From: Limnochordia bacterium
Lineage (GTDB): Bacteria; Bacillota; Limnochordia; DTU080
Length of the DNA: 64,000 nucleotides
Assembly: GCA_050951545.1 (NCBI GenBank)
Contig: JBMNJG010000006.1
Span: 1-64,000, forward strand
Direction: 5' to 3'
A program made the position numbers and the translations under genes. The notes under the pieces were generated by a model that searched no databases, was not told the origin of the DNA, and was given only the letters and a program-made list of their open reading frames with translations. Below, in pieces: positions 1 to 10,348 of this stretch; within the stretch, counting starts at the first letter, position 1; each line of letters begins with the position of its first letter.

Positions 1-815
1 CGGCATAGGCCATCAACATGGGCCGTCCCCACCAATAAGCCTGCCTGGGGTGAATGCAGCCAGTGCCCTTGTTGCAGGGCACGAAGCGGATCCAGTTGCC
101 GAGCTGGCTCTTCTTCCTCCAAGAGCCGGTCAGCCACTTGATAGAATATGTTCTTCCATTCCCGGTTACCTGTATAATGATAACCTTTTAGGAATACACC
201 GTCGTCGAGCAGGGGGCGGCCAGGGTATGGCTGCCGATGTGCCCACGGCGCTCGCTCGATGCTCCAGGTCGATGTAGAGAAAAGGTCATAAAAGAGCCGT
301 TCGTCAGGCAGGTAAGTCTTCCGCGCTACCCAGTCTAGGGCATGTACAGCCCAGCCAGTATACGCATCGTCACCAGTGGCCTCGCTCAGATGAAAAAGAC
401 CATCAAGACACTCCAGAATCGCCGAGGTGTTGACCGAATCACCGACATCTTCAAAACCCAGAATGAGACCGTAATCGTCTTGGCTGGGATCGCTGATGCG
501 GTTATTGTTGATGAACCCGGCACCGTGTCTGGCTGCCGTGAGCAACTCACCCTCCTTCAAGACGCTATGAGCCATAACAAGGGCTTTGATGGCCTGCCCC
601 GTATGCCATGTGGGACAAAAGAAATCCCATTGCCGCGTGGCCGGATGATATTCGCCACGGATAGCTCCGCGCCAGCTAGTGTGGCGGAGATGGTGGCTGT
701 TGTTCTCACTTGTCAGTGAATCACTGCTCATCTGAGCTATATCGGTAAGCCAGGAACACCCCAGGCGCAGTCCTTGAAGCAGCTTATCGCCGTTAATTTT
801 CAGAACCTCACTCAC
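1..815 (-). CDS. Putative (alpha/alpha)-barrel, six-hairpin glycosidase-like protein; runs off left edge; possible frameshift near 100
   Basis: Absent from the ORF track because it is open at the edge. Manual translation from GTG at 815 (RBS GGGAG upstream): MSEVLKINGDKLLQGLRLGCSWLTD...WRGAIRGEYHPATRQWDFFCPTWHTGQAIKALVMA...NTSAILECLDGLFHLSEATGDDAYTGWA. Helical repeats of the type L..L.EATGD..Y...A suggest the fold. Confidence 0.6.
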   Translation of the reverse strand, partial: MSEVLKINGDKLLQGLRLGCSWLTDIAQMSSDSLTSENNSHHLRHTSWRGAIRGEYHPATRQWDFFCPTWHTGQAIKALVMAHSVLKEGELLTAARHGAGFINNNRISDPSQDDYGLILGFEDVGDSVNTSAILECLDGLFHLSEATGDDAYTGWAVHALDWVARKTYLPDERLFYDLFSTSTWSIERAPWAHRQPYPGRPLLDDGVFLKGYHYTGNREWKNIFYQVADRLLEEEEPARQLDPLRALQQGHWLHSPQAGLLVGTAHVDGLC

Positions 816-1254
816 GACGCACACTCCCGTTGTTGAAGTAGCGCAAAACCGCCTAGCCGTCCATCGACGGGTCACCCTCCGAGCTGAGTATACCAGCATC
901 AGCCCTCATGAGGCGATGTGTCCTGCATTCCATGCAGCTATTCCTGCTCCACGCCACCGCCGCATTCAAACGGCTGTTTGACTTTTTCGAACCACTCATT
1001 GCACTCACAGTATGAGTAGCAAACAAGGAGCGGATGTCCTTGTCTAGAATCATATTTGCATAGTGTTCTTTGGGTGGAGTGTAGGCGCCATGACTACCAC
1101 CCGGCCAGAACGAGAAATCCGAATATCGGCGTAGAGATTGTCCCTGGCGCGGGTGGCGCAACGCCAGAGGAAAAGCGGGCGGTCATGGTTGCCGCGGGAG
1201 TGCCGCCTGATCTCGTGCGCAGCGAGGAATACGACATACAGAGGTGTGGTGGGT

Positions 1255-4200
1255 ATGAGGTGTAGGGTTCGATTACGATCACCCTTGTCCTTGATGTGCA
1301 GCCTCGTGTTGGTAGCGGGGTCTCTCATGATGCAACTGCCGCTGACGATGGGCGGCGCGGCCGCGGCCCAGACTATCATGCAAGACATCGGCAGTGCAGT
1401 TAACGAAGATTCCTGGAAACAAGTCGGAACCGCTTGGTTTGCTCAGGCTGGTTCACAGCTTACAGGGGCGTTTACGGCGCGCAGTGTGTTCACCCTTGAT
1501 GAGAGCGTTGATACCCACGTTGAGGCGCTCTATCCGGTGGCGCTTAGTACCACCGCTGATTTCGCACCTGATGCACTGCGTGTGGCGCTTCGGCCTGACG
1601 GTTGGTTTGGGTGGAGTCTCTCCATGGAGAGCGACAAGGGACTCGTTCCAACGTCTCGGGGCATGGATGACCCAAGAGTTGCTGAGATAAGTGGGCTGTT
1701 GCTAGGCCCCGGTACCTATGTCGTGCTTCTGAGCTTTGCTCCCCAGACAGGTGCCCTATCAATTTCCATCGATCAAGTGCAAGGCGGTACGCCGAGGTCC
1801 TTGTGTCGAAAGGCTGTGCAAATTGCTGCCACTGACCAGCCATTGTGGCTCGGGGCAGGACTGCATACTCAAGATGGAAGCCGGGCCCCCGAGCTTGTCA
1901 GTTTTGAGACTCTCGGTGCCGAGGGCTGCTACGTACCAGTCAGCACCCAGTTTGTGGTCGGAACACTCTCTGACGAGGGCCTCTTTCTGCCACACGACGC
2001 CGCCAATTTCGATGAGCAGATAGCGGTGCGTCTTTCAGAGGTAGGCGCAAGCGTACCTGGGCAGTTTCAGCTCATGCTCAGCGATATGGACGGTCGGAGC
2101 ATAGGCTCTGTCAATGTAGAAGCCACGGCCCTGACTCGGCTGCCACAGGAGCTACTGCCTCCGGGCGAGGTAGGGCTGAGACTCGATTACACTGATGGGG
2201 GCGAGGTGCTCATGACGGCTAACCGGGTGATCACGATCGGTCGGCCGCGAATGAGTCTGGACGATATCAAGGTTGACTCGACGTCCGAAGAGCTTTCAGG
2301 GCGCTTGTCTATCGTTGCCAAAGCAGGGATTGGCGACATTGATCTCGCAGTGGATCTCTCACTCTACGAAGAGATCTGGAATCCCTCGTTGGACAAGTAC
2401 GACACGGTGCTATACGCAGAACGACGGATTATCGATGCCGCGGTTGGGTTCGACCAGACTGACGAACGCTACGTCGATTTCCGCTTCCCCCTACCCCAGA
2501 AACCCGGTGTGTTTAGACTGCGTTTGCAGGGAAAGGCCACAGCACCCAGATTGCCAGTCTCGCTAGCAGACCACGAGAGATTCTTCACCACATACCTTCC
2601 GGGCACACCGGATTCGGCATTGAAAGTCGCTTGGCTTGCTGAACCAGTCTCTTCGAGTGAGATGCTCGAAGACTTCTGGAAACGCGGCAGGGTGCGTGAA
2701 CTGTTTATCAATGGCTTGCCCGCCCATAGTGATGCTCTGAGACGATGGGCAGTTCATGGCGTGAATGCCGTTACGGGTATCAGCCCAGCGATAGCGCATC
2801 AGTACGGCCTAAAGACGCGCTCGTGGTTTACGATGAACTCCATGAACCAGCAGCTGGGACAAGAGCGGCTCGAGGCGATGGCAGCGGTCAACGAAGACGG
2901 CAGTTTTCGTCGTCCCTACGATCCATTGTTTCCGACGGTTGCTATGAACTGGACGGCCTGCATCGAGAACCCGCTGTGGATTGAACACTCTCGAGAGGTT
3001 TTTCGCAACATGGCTAGGGCGGGATATGATGGCGCCCATATTGACTATGCGGGTCACTATGAACCGTGTTTCTGCAAATACTGTCATACGGCCTGGGAGC
3101 GCTGGGCGGCGAAATTCGGACTAGAGGGAATCACGTTGGCGAGCGCCATGCACGCAACGGATCTGCGCACACAGCTGCTTGTGCGGGAGTTTCGCATCCA
3201 AGGGGTGATGGCCTTTCTCAAGGATTTGCGCGAAGTCGCCCGCGAGATACGGCCTGGCTTTGCCATCGACGGTACCTGGCACCAAGACAGCAGTTCCACC
3301 TATCAGTGGGCTTACGGAGACCACTTCGATCTGATGTGTATCGAGGGTACTACCTGGGGTCCCTTTCCGCCTGAAGGGACGCAGGTACTATGGATGAAGC
3401 TGGCTCACGCCCTGAGCGAACGGCCCGATCGGCGCCCTCCAGCCATGTCTGTGACGTACCACCTGCTTCACGACAAAGATGGACACATGTTTCATGGACG
3501 CATGGCAGCCGATCGCCTGCGAATAGCTCTTGCTGAGATAATCAGTGAAGGTGGCGTTTCCTGGAAAGGACTTGGCGGCCCTCAGACTGGTAGCTTGCTA
3601 CGTGAGCATCAGGACATCGTACGTGCGTATTACCGGCTCGCCCGAGATATAGAGCCTTTGCTCGTGGATGCTGAAGACGTGGCCGCCATTGGCATCGTCT
3701 TCTCACCGCGCTCATACCTGCTTACAAATGCAATGCGTACACAGCTTTACGCTATCGGACAGGCCCTCATGCAGGCCCACGTCCCGTTTCGCGTGATATC
3801 AGATGTAGGGCTAGAGACAGAAGCCCTAAGCGATCTGTCCGGTGTGGTACTGCTCAGCGCCAGGGCCCTAAGTGATGACGCGTGCACGGCGCTTCAGCAG
3901 TATATAGAAAACGGCGGCCAGGCGCTAGTCATCGGCGGCGACGCGGCGACGCTTACCGAGGACTGGCAGACACGCAAATCGCGACCAGCGTTCGCTGTGC
4001 CCCCCAGTACCCAAGGGACTCTCATTAGCAGACGGATGGGTAAAGGGGAATGCCACTATTGGACGGAGGAGACCTTTTCGGCGAAGGCATTGGGAGCAGT
4101 ACAGAGCGTAGCTCTAGACCACGACCGGCCGACTAAGCTGGCAGTGGAGGGCTGGTCAAGAGCTGAAGACGTAGTAGGTCAGCCGGACGGCAACTACTCG

Positions 4201-5013
4201 TTGTATGTTGATCTCATCCATGCCGACGGTTCTCCTCTGTGGGGACAGACCGCTTTGTTTGGCACTGGCACTCATGACTGGCAGTTCTCACGGCAGATCA
4301 TTGAGTCGAATCAGCCGTTTCGCAGCGCCCGAGTACACACGCTGTTTCGGAACAGACATGGGTCCGTTTGGTTCAAGGATGTCCGTTTTGGGGTCTGGGA
4401 TGAAGAGCGGCAAGAGATCGTGGAAAACCTCCTCGGAAACAGCTTCCGCGACTCTCAGGGCAATCTGCATAGGGCGGTCGGAGAAAAGCCAGGACGAGAC
4501 ACATGGAGTCCATACAGAGATGGCTATGTGCTGAGAAACATGCTGGATGAGGGCCTATGGGCAGAGATGTCTTCTGTCACTGGCTTGGCCGTGGGTCCCA
4601 TGCATCGCTCGCTTCCACAGAACGTCCAGACCGTATTGCGGGCTCTCGCTCCCCTGCTGCCAGCCGAACCCTTCGTGGTACTAGAGGGCGAGGGTGCAGA
4701 ATGCGTCTCTGTCAATCTGACCCGGGCGCATGGACGTATAGCAGTGCATCTGATCAACCATCGCGCCGAGCTGCACCCGGATCTGAGTGAGGCCGAGCAG
4801 CAAGCTCAGGATCGGACCATTCCTACGGGCCAGCTGACCCTAACTCTGAGGGTGCCAAAAACTGATCTGCACCCCATGACGCTGGCCACGCACTTTCCGG
4901 AGGAAACACCTGAGATTGCGATCACGCCAGTCGAAGGCGGTGTCCAGGTGCACATTGGATCATTGACCCACTATGGGGTACTCGCTTTCGATACTTCCCA
5001 GCCAGAAGAGTAG
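1255..5013 (+). CDS. Large secreted multidomain glycoside-hydrolase-like protein (uncharacterised N-terminal region, TIM-barrel-like core with Cys cluster, GH42-trimerisation-like domain, CBM-like insert)
   Basis: ORF 1138..5013; ATG 1255 follows GAGGTG RBS and starts a signal peptide ending AAAA-Q. Motifs GYDGAHID, PCFCKYC, and AIGIVFS...QALMQAHVPFRVI...GVVLLSARALSD...YIENGG (trimerisation-type); GTHDWQF...VWFKDVRF is CBM-like. Confidence 0.7.
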   Translation: MRCRVRLRSPLSLMCSLVLVAGSLMMQLPLTMGGAAAAQTIMQDIGSAVNEDSWKQVGTAWFAQAGSQLTGAFTARSVFTLDESVDTHVEALYPVALSTTADFAPDALRVALRPDGWFGWSLSMESDKGLVPTSRGMDDPRVAEISGLLLGPGTYVVLLSFAPQTGALSISIDQVQGGTPRSLCRKAVQIAATDQPLWLGAGLHTQDGSRAPELVSFETLGAEGCYVPVSTQFVVGTLSDEGLFLPHDAANFDEQIAVRLSEVGASVPGQFQLMLSDMDGRSIGSVNVEATALTRLPQELLPPGEVGLRLDYTDGGEVLMTANRVITIGRPRMSLDDIKVDSTSEELSGRLSIVAKAGIGDIDLAVDLSLYEEIWNPSLDKYDTVLYAERRIIDAAVGFDQTDERYVDFRFPLPQKPGVFRLRLQGKATAPRLPVSLADHERFFTTYLPGTPDSALKVAWLAEPVSSSEMLEDFWKRGRVRELFINGLPAHSDALRRWAVHGVNAVTGISPAIAHQYGLKTRSWFTMNSMNQQLGQERLEAMAAVNEDGSFRRPYDPLFPTVAMNWTACIENPLWIEHSREVFRNMARAGYDGAHIDYAGHYEPCFCKYCHTAWERWAAKFGLEGITLASAMHATDLRTQLLVREFRIQGVMAFLKDLREVAREIRPGFAIDGTWHQDSSSTYQWAYGDHFDLMCIEGTTWGPFPPEGTQVLWMKLAHALSERPDRRPPAMSVTYHLLHDKDGHMFHGRMAADRLRIALAEIISEGGVSWKGLGGPQTGSLLREHQDIVRAYYRLARDIEPLLVDAEDVAAIGIVFSPRSYLLTNAMRTQLYAIGQALMQAHVPFRVISDVGLETEALSDLSGVVLLSARALSDDACTALQQYIENGGQALVIGGDAATLTEDWQTRKSRPAFAVPPSTQGTLISRRMGKGECHYWTEETFSAKALGAVQSVALDHDRPTKLAVEGWSRAEDVVGQPDGNYSLYVDLIHADGSPLWGQTALFGTGTHDWQFSRQIIESNQPFRSARVHTLFRNRHGSVWFKDVRFGVWDEERQEIVENLLGNSFRDSQGNLHRAVGEKPGRDTWSPYRDGYVLRNMLDEGLWAEMSSVTGLAVGPMHRSLPQNVQTVLRALAPLLPAEPFVVLEGEGAECVSVNLTRAHGRIAVHLINHRAELHPDLSEAEQQAQDRTIPTGQLTLTLRVPKTDLHPMTLATHFPEETPEIAITPVEGGVQVHIGSLTHYGVLAFDTSQPEE

Positions 5014-5034
5014 AGGAATGCCATTTACTAACCA

Positions 5035-5058
5035 GAGGAGAGCCCTATGGCTCTCCTC
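5035..5058. terminator. Hairpin between convergent genes
   Basis: GAGGAGAGCC-ctat-GGCTCTCCTC, perfect 10-bp stem. Confidence 0.55.
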
Positions 5059-5122
5059 GCTTGTATGGCTGCCTCTCGTTTCCCGAGCTCCGGCCCCGCT
5101 GGGCCGAATGATTCACACTCAC

Positions 5123-6409
5123 CTAGGGCGTGCTGGCTTCCGCGAAGTAGGCCGTGATGAGACGATCGGCTTCCTCGAGGGCGATGCGAGCCGACGCCTC
5201 ACCGCGCCACACCCTGTTGAGCTGGTTCGTCAGAGTCGTGGTGATACGCGTATCCATGATCATCCCCTCTTTGAGGAAGATGTTGTCCGGGTGTACGGAC
5301 TGCTCGAAGAACGCCATCCAGTTGGCTGGTAGATCCGGAACGCAGGTGTTCCAAGCGCGGGCGACCCTAGCCAGCATGGGAAGCCGGCCAGTATGCGTGG
5401 CCATACTGCGCTGTGCCTGTTCCGTGGTGCTGACAAACTTCACCCACTGCCACGCCTCCTGCGGATTCTTCGTCTGGGAGCTGATCTGGAAGCCATTCAA
5501 GGAGACGTTCGTAGCATTGCCGGCTGGTCCGTAGGGCTGAAGCGCTACATCCCACTCGAATGGCACACCCTTCATATAGGTGCCGAGAATCCCCGGACCA
5601 TCCACCACATCGATAGCCGCCTTACTGTGGTAGAAGTATGTACCGCCTCCGACACTCGCAGGCTGCGTCACCCGATCCTGCCAGATCAGCCGCTCAATAA
5701 ACTCGATGGCTGTGACCACGGGCTCACTAAGCACGAGGCTCTTCGTCGGGAATATGTCACGATCGAAGAAGTTGCCGCCCGCCTGAGTCGATTGGATATA
5801 CGGGCGGGACCTCATGCGGTCCAAGCCCCAGATCTCGGCTACCCCGTCCCCGTCTGAGTCCTTCGTGAGTTTGCGACCGTAGCTGCGCATCAGCTCCCAG
5901 GTCCACTCTCCGGTCTTGAGCTCTGCCGGGGGAGTCAGGCCCGCCTGTCGCAGCATGTCGAGGTTGTACCAAGTGACAATGGAGTAGACTTCGATAGGCA
6001 GCGCGTAGAGAATGCCCGTCGGAGTGGTCAGGGCCTTTAGCATAGCTGGGGGAAACAGGCCCCTTGATTGGGCATCGAGGAACCTATTCAGATCAAGGAA
6101 CATACCCTCAGCGATCAGCGGTGCGGAGACATGCGTCACTAAGTCAAGCACGTCCGGTGAGACTCCTCCAGCACACATCACGAGGAATTTCTCGTTGGGT
6201 CTGGCCTCTGTAAGAACCTCGACCTCGTACCCAGGGTTCGCCTTCTCAAAAGGTACCTTCATCTCGCGCAGGAAATCCTGCCAGGAGTCACTGTGGGCTC
6301 CTGAGCTCAGATGCGTGATCTTCACCGGGGCAGCCCCGAGACACGGGAGCGTGACGACCAGGGCAGCTGCGACAATAACGAACAGCACTAGCCTTATCCG
6401 ACTCAACAA
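5123..6409 (-). CDS. ABC transporter extracellular solute-binding protein (family 1, sugar-type)
   Basis: Likely TTG start 6409/6406 after GAGGTG; signal peptide; AGGVSPDV, YALP...WYNLDML..AGL.PP, WTWE, EAWQWVKF motifs. Confidence 0.85.
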   Translation of the reverse strand: MLSRIRLVLFVIVAAALVVTLPCLGAAPVKITHLSSGAHSDSWQDFLREMKVPFEKANPGYEVEVLTEARPNEKFLVMCAGGVSPDVLDLVTHVSAPLIAEGMFLDLNRFLDAQSRGLFPPAMLKALTTPTGILYALPIEVYSIVTWYNLDMLRQAGLTPPAELKTGEWTWELMRSYGRKLTKDSDGDGVAEIWGLDRMRSRPYIQSTQAGGNFFDRDIFPTKSLVLSEPVVTAIEFIERLIWQDRVTQPASVGGGTYFYHSKAAIDVVDGPGILGTYMKGVPFEWDVALQPYGPAGNATNVSLNGFQISSQTKNPQEAWQWVKFVSTTEQAQRSMATHTGRLPMLARVARAWNTCVPDLPANWMAFFEQSVHPDNIFLKEGMIMDTRITTTLTNQLNRVWRGEASARIALEEADRLITAYFAEASTP

Positions 6410-6495
6410 TGCTACGCACCTCTTTTCTAAGCTCTTTGGGGAGAATTTGTGATATTGACGGCCCATTCTGCAGATAAAGTCACCGCGATGGCGTC

Positions 6496-6592
6496 TTGGA
6501 CCTCCCTTCTGTGACAGGCGACTACTCCACCAAGCTCGTTGTCGCCATCGCGGCTGGTACGTCGCCCGATGTGACACGGGTGATCCCCAGTA
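6496..6592 (+). pseudogene. Short remnant of an SBP N-terminal lobe
   Basis: Translates as LPSVTGDYSTKLVVAIAAGTSPDVTRVIPS, matching PTDYYNKLSVAIAAGVPPDVAQLIPT of SBP 22809..24110. Confidence 0.6.
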
Positions 6593-6597
6593 CAGTG

Positions 6598-9500
6598 CTA
6601 AAGCCTGATTGCCAACACGCCGCCGGGCGGAATGCTGTTCTCCTCGTATTTCCTAACGGATTTTCCGCTGTTCATCATGAGCAGCAGCCTGGCACCGGAT
6701 TCATTGACCAAGACTTCATAATCATCATGCTCCCACCCCGGAATCTCCATGTCGTTACCGCGCCGGTCGCCTGTGACGAAGAACTCTTCATTGTCGGCAA
6801 CGATTCTGCTGACAACGGCTATCGCATTGAACGTGCGTGCATCCAATGTTTCCAGGGAATAGATCAGTATTCCCCCCGTCGAGTCGGCGGCGCGCCGCAG
6901 CAGGCTTGCCGCGGAAAGATAGCTTGGAGCGGTACGTTGTCTGACATCGTACGGGTACGCGATGTGGCCCAACACTAGCGGAGTTTTGCCCAGAGCCGCG
7001 CGAGTGGCGTTGAGCTCGTCGAGCGGACGACCGTACCCCACCATGCCGAGGTCGATTTTGTCGGCCAACAATGACCAATCTATGCCGTAAAACCGCATAT
7101 GAGCTTCGCTTTGGTATCCGCTGTAAACGGAAAAACGGATACTCTCATCGCAGGCACGTAGTGCGGAACGGAATTTCCCGGCCAGCTCCGCCATCTGCAT
7201 GCACATGAAGCGGGTCCATTGCTCCATGTAGCTGTCGGGGATCTCGCTGGGCTCCGGTACGGTTGAAAGCCCTGCATACTGCTGAAAGCGTTTGAGGCAG
7301 CGCGGACAGAAACAGGCGATATATGAACTGGTTACTCTGCTTTCGTAATCCCAGTTGACATGGTGCGGGCGCCCCCATTTTTCGTACCACGCTGGCATGT
7401 TATCTTTGAGATAGTCGGAAAAAGCGGCTCCCTCAAGGATGGCGCTTGTACAAACGAACGTACCGCTTTTTTGTCCGGCGAGATTCACCAGCCGATCCTG
7501 GGGGTTGGCGGCGAGATAAGGCTGACAATCGAAATTCCAGGTCTCGAAATTGATGAGCACAAAGGACCGAACGTTCGGGTTGGTGCTTTCCCGGCATTCC
7601 GTTATGCCCATTTTCTCAAACTCACGATAGCATTTTGCCAGCAATGCTTTGTCGTCAAGACTGGACAACCAGCCAGTCCACAGCTGCACGATCAGTTTTT
7701 CAGGCTGGCGCCCGTTCAGAGGAGGCAGCAGATGAACTTGGATCTTCTGCGGGATTTCGACCACGTTACTCGTTTGACTACCGCAGTAGTAGTAGATCGG
7801 GTCGCCGGCATCTGCTTCAAGGGGGGCTCGGAAGAAAAAGGCCACATGACGGTGCAGCGGTTCGGAGAAATCCGGATCGTATGAAACCCCTGTCTCGAAC
7901 TTTATTGCATGGCGCACATACTTCTTGCCGTGGCGCACGGTTTCACCCGCCAGCTCATGTTTGAGCGGCCATACTCCGTAATACCCCGACGCGCCTTCCA
8001 CCGTGTAGTCGGCGGGAAGCTCAAAAAACAGCCTATAGTCCCTGAGCACGTGGCCTTCTATGCCAAGCGGACGGACCAAGAGCTGTTGAAGCCCACCGCG
8101 GTTTACCGTAACCCCCCCGGCGTCTTCCCAGTTCGGCCAAATCTGCGTGTGTCCAGCCAGCAGTACCATCTCGCCTCCCGGGTGACGGAAGGTGAAATCG
8201 CCGACGCTGAATTCCCCGCCATCAGATTTCACGATGTTTGTGCCCCAGTTGAGCGCTACTCCCGAATGAGCGGCAGCGCCGTTCAGAACCACCTTTTGGG
8301 CACTCCCGAAATTCAGCGACATCGCCGACGCATGCACGGTGCGCAGCGGAGACTCATAGTAGAGTGCAAGGTCGCCGGGCCGGCTGGCCGTAAACTGAAA
8401 ATCCAGTTCGCCGTCGGCTACCGAGAACAGCAGCTCTGTGCCTACCGCAAACTCGCGACATAGCGTGTCGCCACACCGGGTGGTGACAGCAATAGCGGCG
8501 GGCAGATTGAAAGCGAGGCGGTTGCTCCCCGAAGTGAAACCCGGCATTTCTGTGGCTACCAGCGCGGGAACGTCTTCATCCAGAATTAACTCCCCAAAGG
8601 TATTCTCATGAAAGCCGGTATTCAGCACCTGCCAGGAACTGGCCTCTTTCCTGCTCGCCTGAAGACGCCCGGCCATAACGTACAGTCGGGCATCCGGTCC
8701 GGGCCGGAAACCAAGCGACTGAAACGGGATAGCCATGTTGACCGTCCATCCTTCACTGTCGCGAGTCGCCGCCACTTTGGCCCCCGAATTCCATTCGAAC
8801 CTGCGAGACCCCCAGTAATCCGGCGCCGAGCATTGCGCGTCCAGCAGCGCTCCGTTGGCGTTGACGACAAAATCATAAGCAATGTCCGCAGCCGGGTCCG
8901 GCTTCACCAGCAGCAGCACGCAATCGTCGTCATATATTCGAGTGTCGTCATTGGCATCGACCGTGTTTTTGAACTCATGGAGACGGTTTTCCACGGGATC
9001 CAATGCGGATTCCAGGCAGTGAAATGTCGCGAAGAGATGGGTTGCGTTGTAGGCAAAACGTACGGTGGTCTGTTCCGTGGCAAGTTTCTTGGTCTGATTC
9101 AGCATGAACGGCCCGACGGCGATGCTGTTTTGCGGGGTTGCCTCGTCGCCCCGTCCGATGCGGACCCGCCCGGAAACGGGAATGGCGTTCACCGCCTCGT
9201 CAAGGTTTCCAAGCTCAGGGGAGGTGGAGATGACCACTCGATCTAGCAGGATCTCGGTTTCTGGGTCGGTCCCATACTGGACTGTCACCGCGGGGTAAGC
9301 CGCCGCCGCATCAACCGGCCCGATCCGCAACCATTTCCATGTTTCGGCACCCTGCGATTCGGCTTGCGCCACCGTCTGGTACCCGTTACGCAAACTGACC
9401 GTAATCGCCTTTTGCGTGTTGCATCGGATTCGCAAGTAATAGTGAAGTGGGCGCGACGTCAGCGGCGTCGGGACGCGGGTGACCTCGTACCAGCGTTTCC

Positions 9501-9984
9501 CCCACATTGCCGCGCCACCGGAGGCATCGGCGATCTTGACGACTCTACCATGCACCGCCGGATAGCCTTCAGCTTCAAAATCAAGACGTTTTACCTCCAT
9601 GTCTGAGCATTCGGGTTGTACGGCTTCCTTGATTTCGAAGTTTCGCAGTTGGTATTTGGCGGCGTAGTTGGACTCCGAATAGATGCTCACGGACTCGGGA
9701 CCCTCGAAGAAATAACCCAATTCAGTCGTCTGCCACTCCTCGGTAAGGCTAACGGACGGCCCGTAGCTGACGACGTTGTTTTTTCCCCAGACTGCAAGGC
9801 CTATTTTCCCTTCTCCGAGAGCCTCGAAACGGATTACGCCGTGCTTCCCGGTGAGATTGTACAAATGGGAGACATTATTAATGTGGATTCCCCCAAGACG
9901 GGCAGGCGCATCAATGGTGATTACCTCTCCGGCGGTCTCGATCGTGGCGCCTGAAACCGCTCGCCAGTTAGGTATAGCTGCCAT
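6598..9984 (-). CDS. Large multidomain carbohydrate-active-like protein (CBM-like modules, CBM9/DOMON-like sugar-binding domain, C-terminal glycoside-hydrolase-like barrel)
   Basis: ATG 9984 after GGAGGAG. TTVRFAYNATHLF...IYDDDCVLLLV...WTVNMAIPFQSLG is CBM9-like; HVNWDYE...CFCPRCLKRF is a GH-like Cys cluster; no obvious signal peptide. Confidence 0.65.
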   Translation of the reverse strand: MAAIPNWRAVSGATIETAGEVITIDAPARLGGIHINNVSHLYNLTGKHGVIRFEALGEGKIGLAVWGKNNVVSYGPSVSLTEEWQTTELGYFFEGPESVSIYSESNYAAKYQLRNFEIKEAVQPECSDMEVKRLDFEAEGYPAVHGRVVKIADASGGAAMWGKRWYEVTRVPTPLTSRPLHYYLRIRCNTQKAITVSLRNGYQTVAQAESQGAETWKWLRIGPVDAAAAYPAVTVQYGTDPETEILLDRVVISTSPELGNLDEAVNAIPVSGRVRIGRGDEATPQNSIAVGPFMLNQTKKLATEQTTVRFAYNATHLFATFHCLESALDPVENRLHEFKNTVDANDDTRIYDDDCVLLLVKPDPAADIAYDFVVNANGALLDAQCSAPDYWGSRRFEWNSGAKVAATRDSEGWTVNMAIPFQSLGFRPGPDARLYVMAGRLQASRKEASSWQVLNTGFHENTFGELILDEDVPALVATEMPGFTSGSNRLAFNLPAAIAVTTRCGDTLCREFAVGTELLFSVADGELDFQFTASRPGDLALYYESPLRTVHASAMSLNFGSAQKVVLNGAAAHSGVALNWGTNIVKSDGGEFSVGDFTFRHPGGEMVLLAGHTQIWPNWEDAGGVTVNRGGLQQLLVRPLGIEGHVLRDYRLFFELPADYTVEGASGYYGVWPLKHELAGETVRHGKKYVRHAIKFETGVSYDPDFSEPLHRHVAFFFRAPLEADAGDPIYYYCGSQTSNVVEIPQKIQVHLLPPLNGRQPEKLIVQLWTGWLSSLDDKALLAKCYREFEKMGITECRESTNPNVRSFVLINFETWNFDCQPYLAANPQDRLVNLAGQKSGTFVCTSAILEGAAFSDYLKDNMPAWYEKWGRPHHVNWDYESRVTSSYIACFCPRCLKRFQQYAGLSTVPEPSEIPDSYMEQWTRFMCMQMAELAGKFRSALRACDESIRFSVYSGYQSEAHMRFYGIDWSLLADKIDLGMVGYGRPLDELNATRAALGKTPLVLGHIAYPYDVRQRTAPSYLSAASLLRRAADSTGGILIYSLETLDARTFNAIAVVSRIVADNEEFFVTGDRRGNDMEIPGWEHDDYEVLVNESGARLLLMMNSGKSVRKYEENSIPPGGVLAIRL

Positions 9985-10091
9985 AACTCCTCCGCTCCCT
10001 CCACTCGCCATCACAAGTGACTCCGACACGTGTCCTTAGCCATGAGACGGCCCCTTTCCTTCCCACCGCGAGCATGTAACCAGCACCCATA

Positions 10092-10132
10092 GGCCCTCAC
10101 CTCAAGCGCACTCCGCGAAAGAGGTGAGGGCC
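10092..10132. terminator. Inverted repeat, probable terminator of a decayed upstream gene
   Basis: GGCCCTCACCTC (10092-10103) ... GAGGTGAGGGCC (10121-10132), 12-bp perfect stem. Confidence 0.45.
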
Positions 10133-10348
10133 ATTTCATCGGTTGGCAGTCAGCGGCTACTGCAACAGTGCGCGCATTCTCTTTGCCGCGTTGTCCATCT
10201 CACCAGGGACGGGCATACCCTTGTCGTAGATGTTGGTCCTGCTTAAAGAATACGCTCCAAAGATCCGGATATGGCCCGATGGGCTGACGCAGAGTGGTGG
10301 CTATCACTGCTTTCTAGCCTCCATAGACATCATGGATTTCACTGGCGA

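Noticed and set aside
853-1161. 102-aa minus-strand ORF and 342..719 plus-strand ORF
   Set aside because: No recognisable motif; 342..719 is antisense to the better-supported 1..815 gene.
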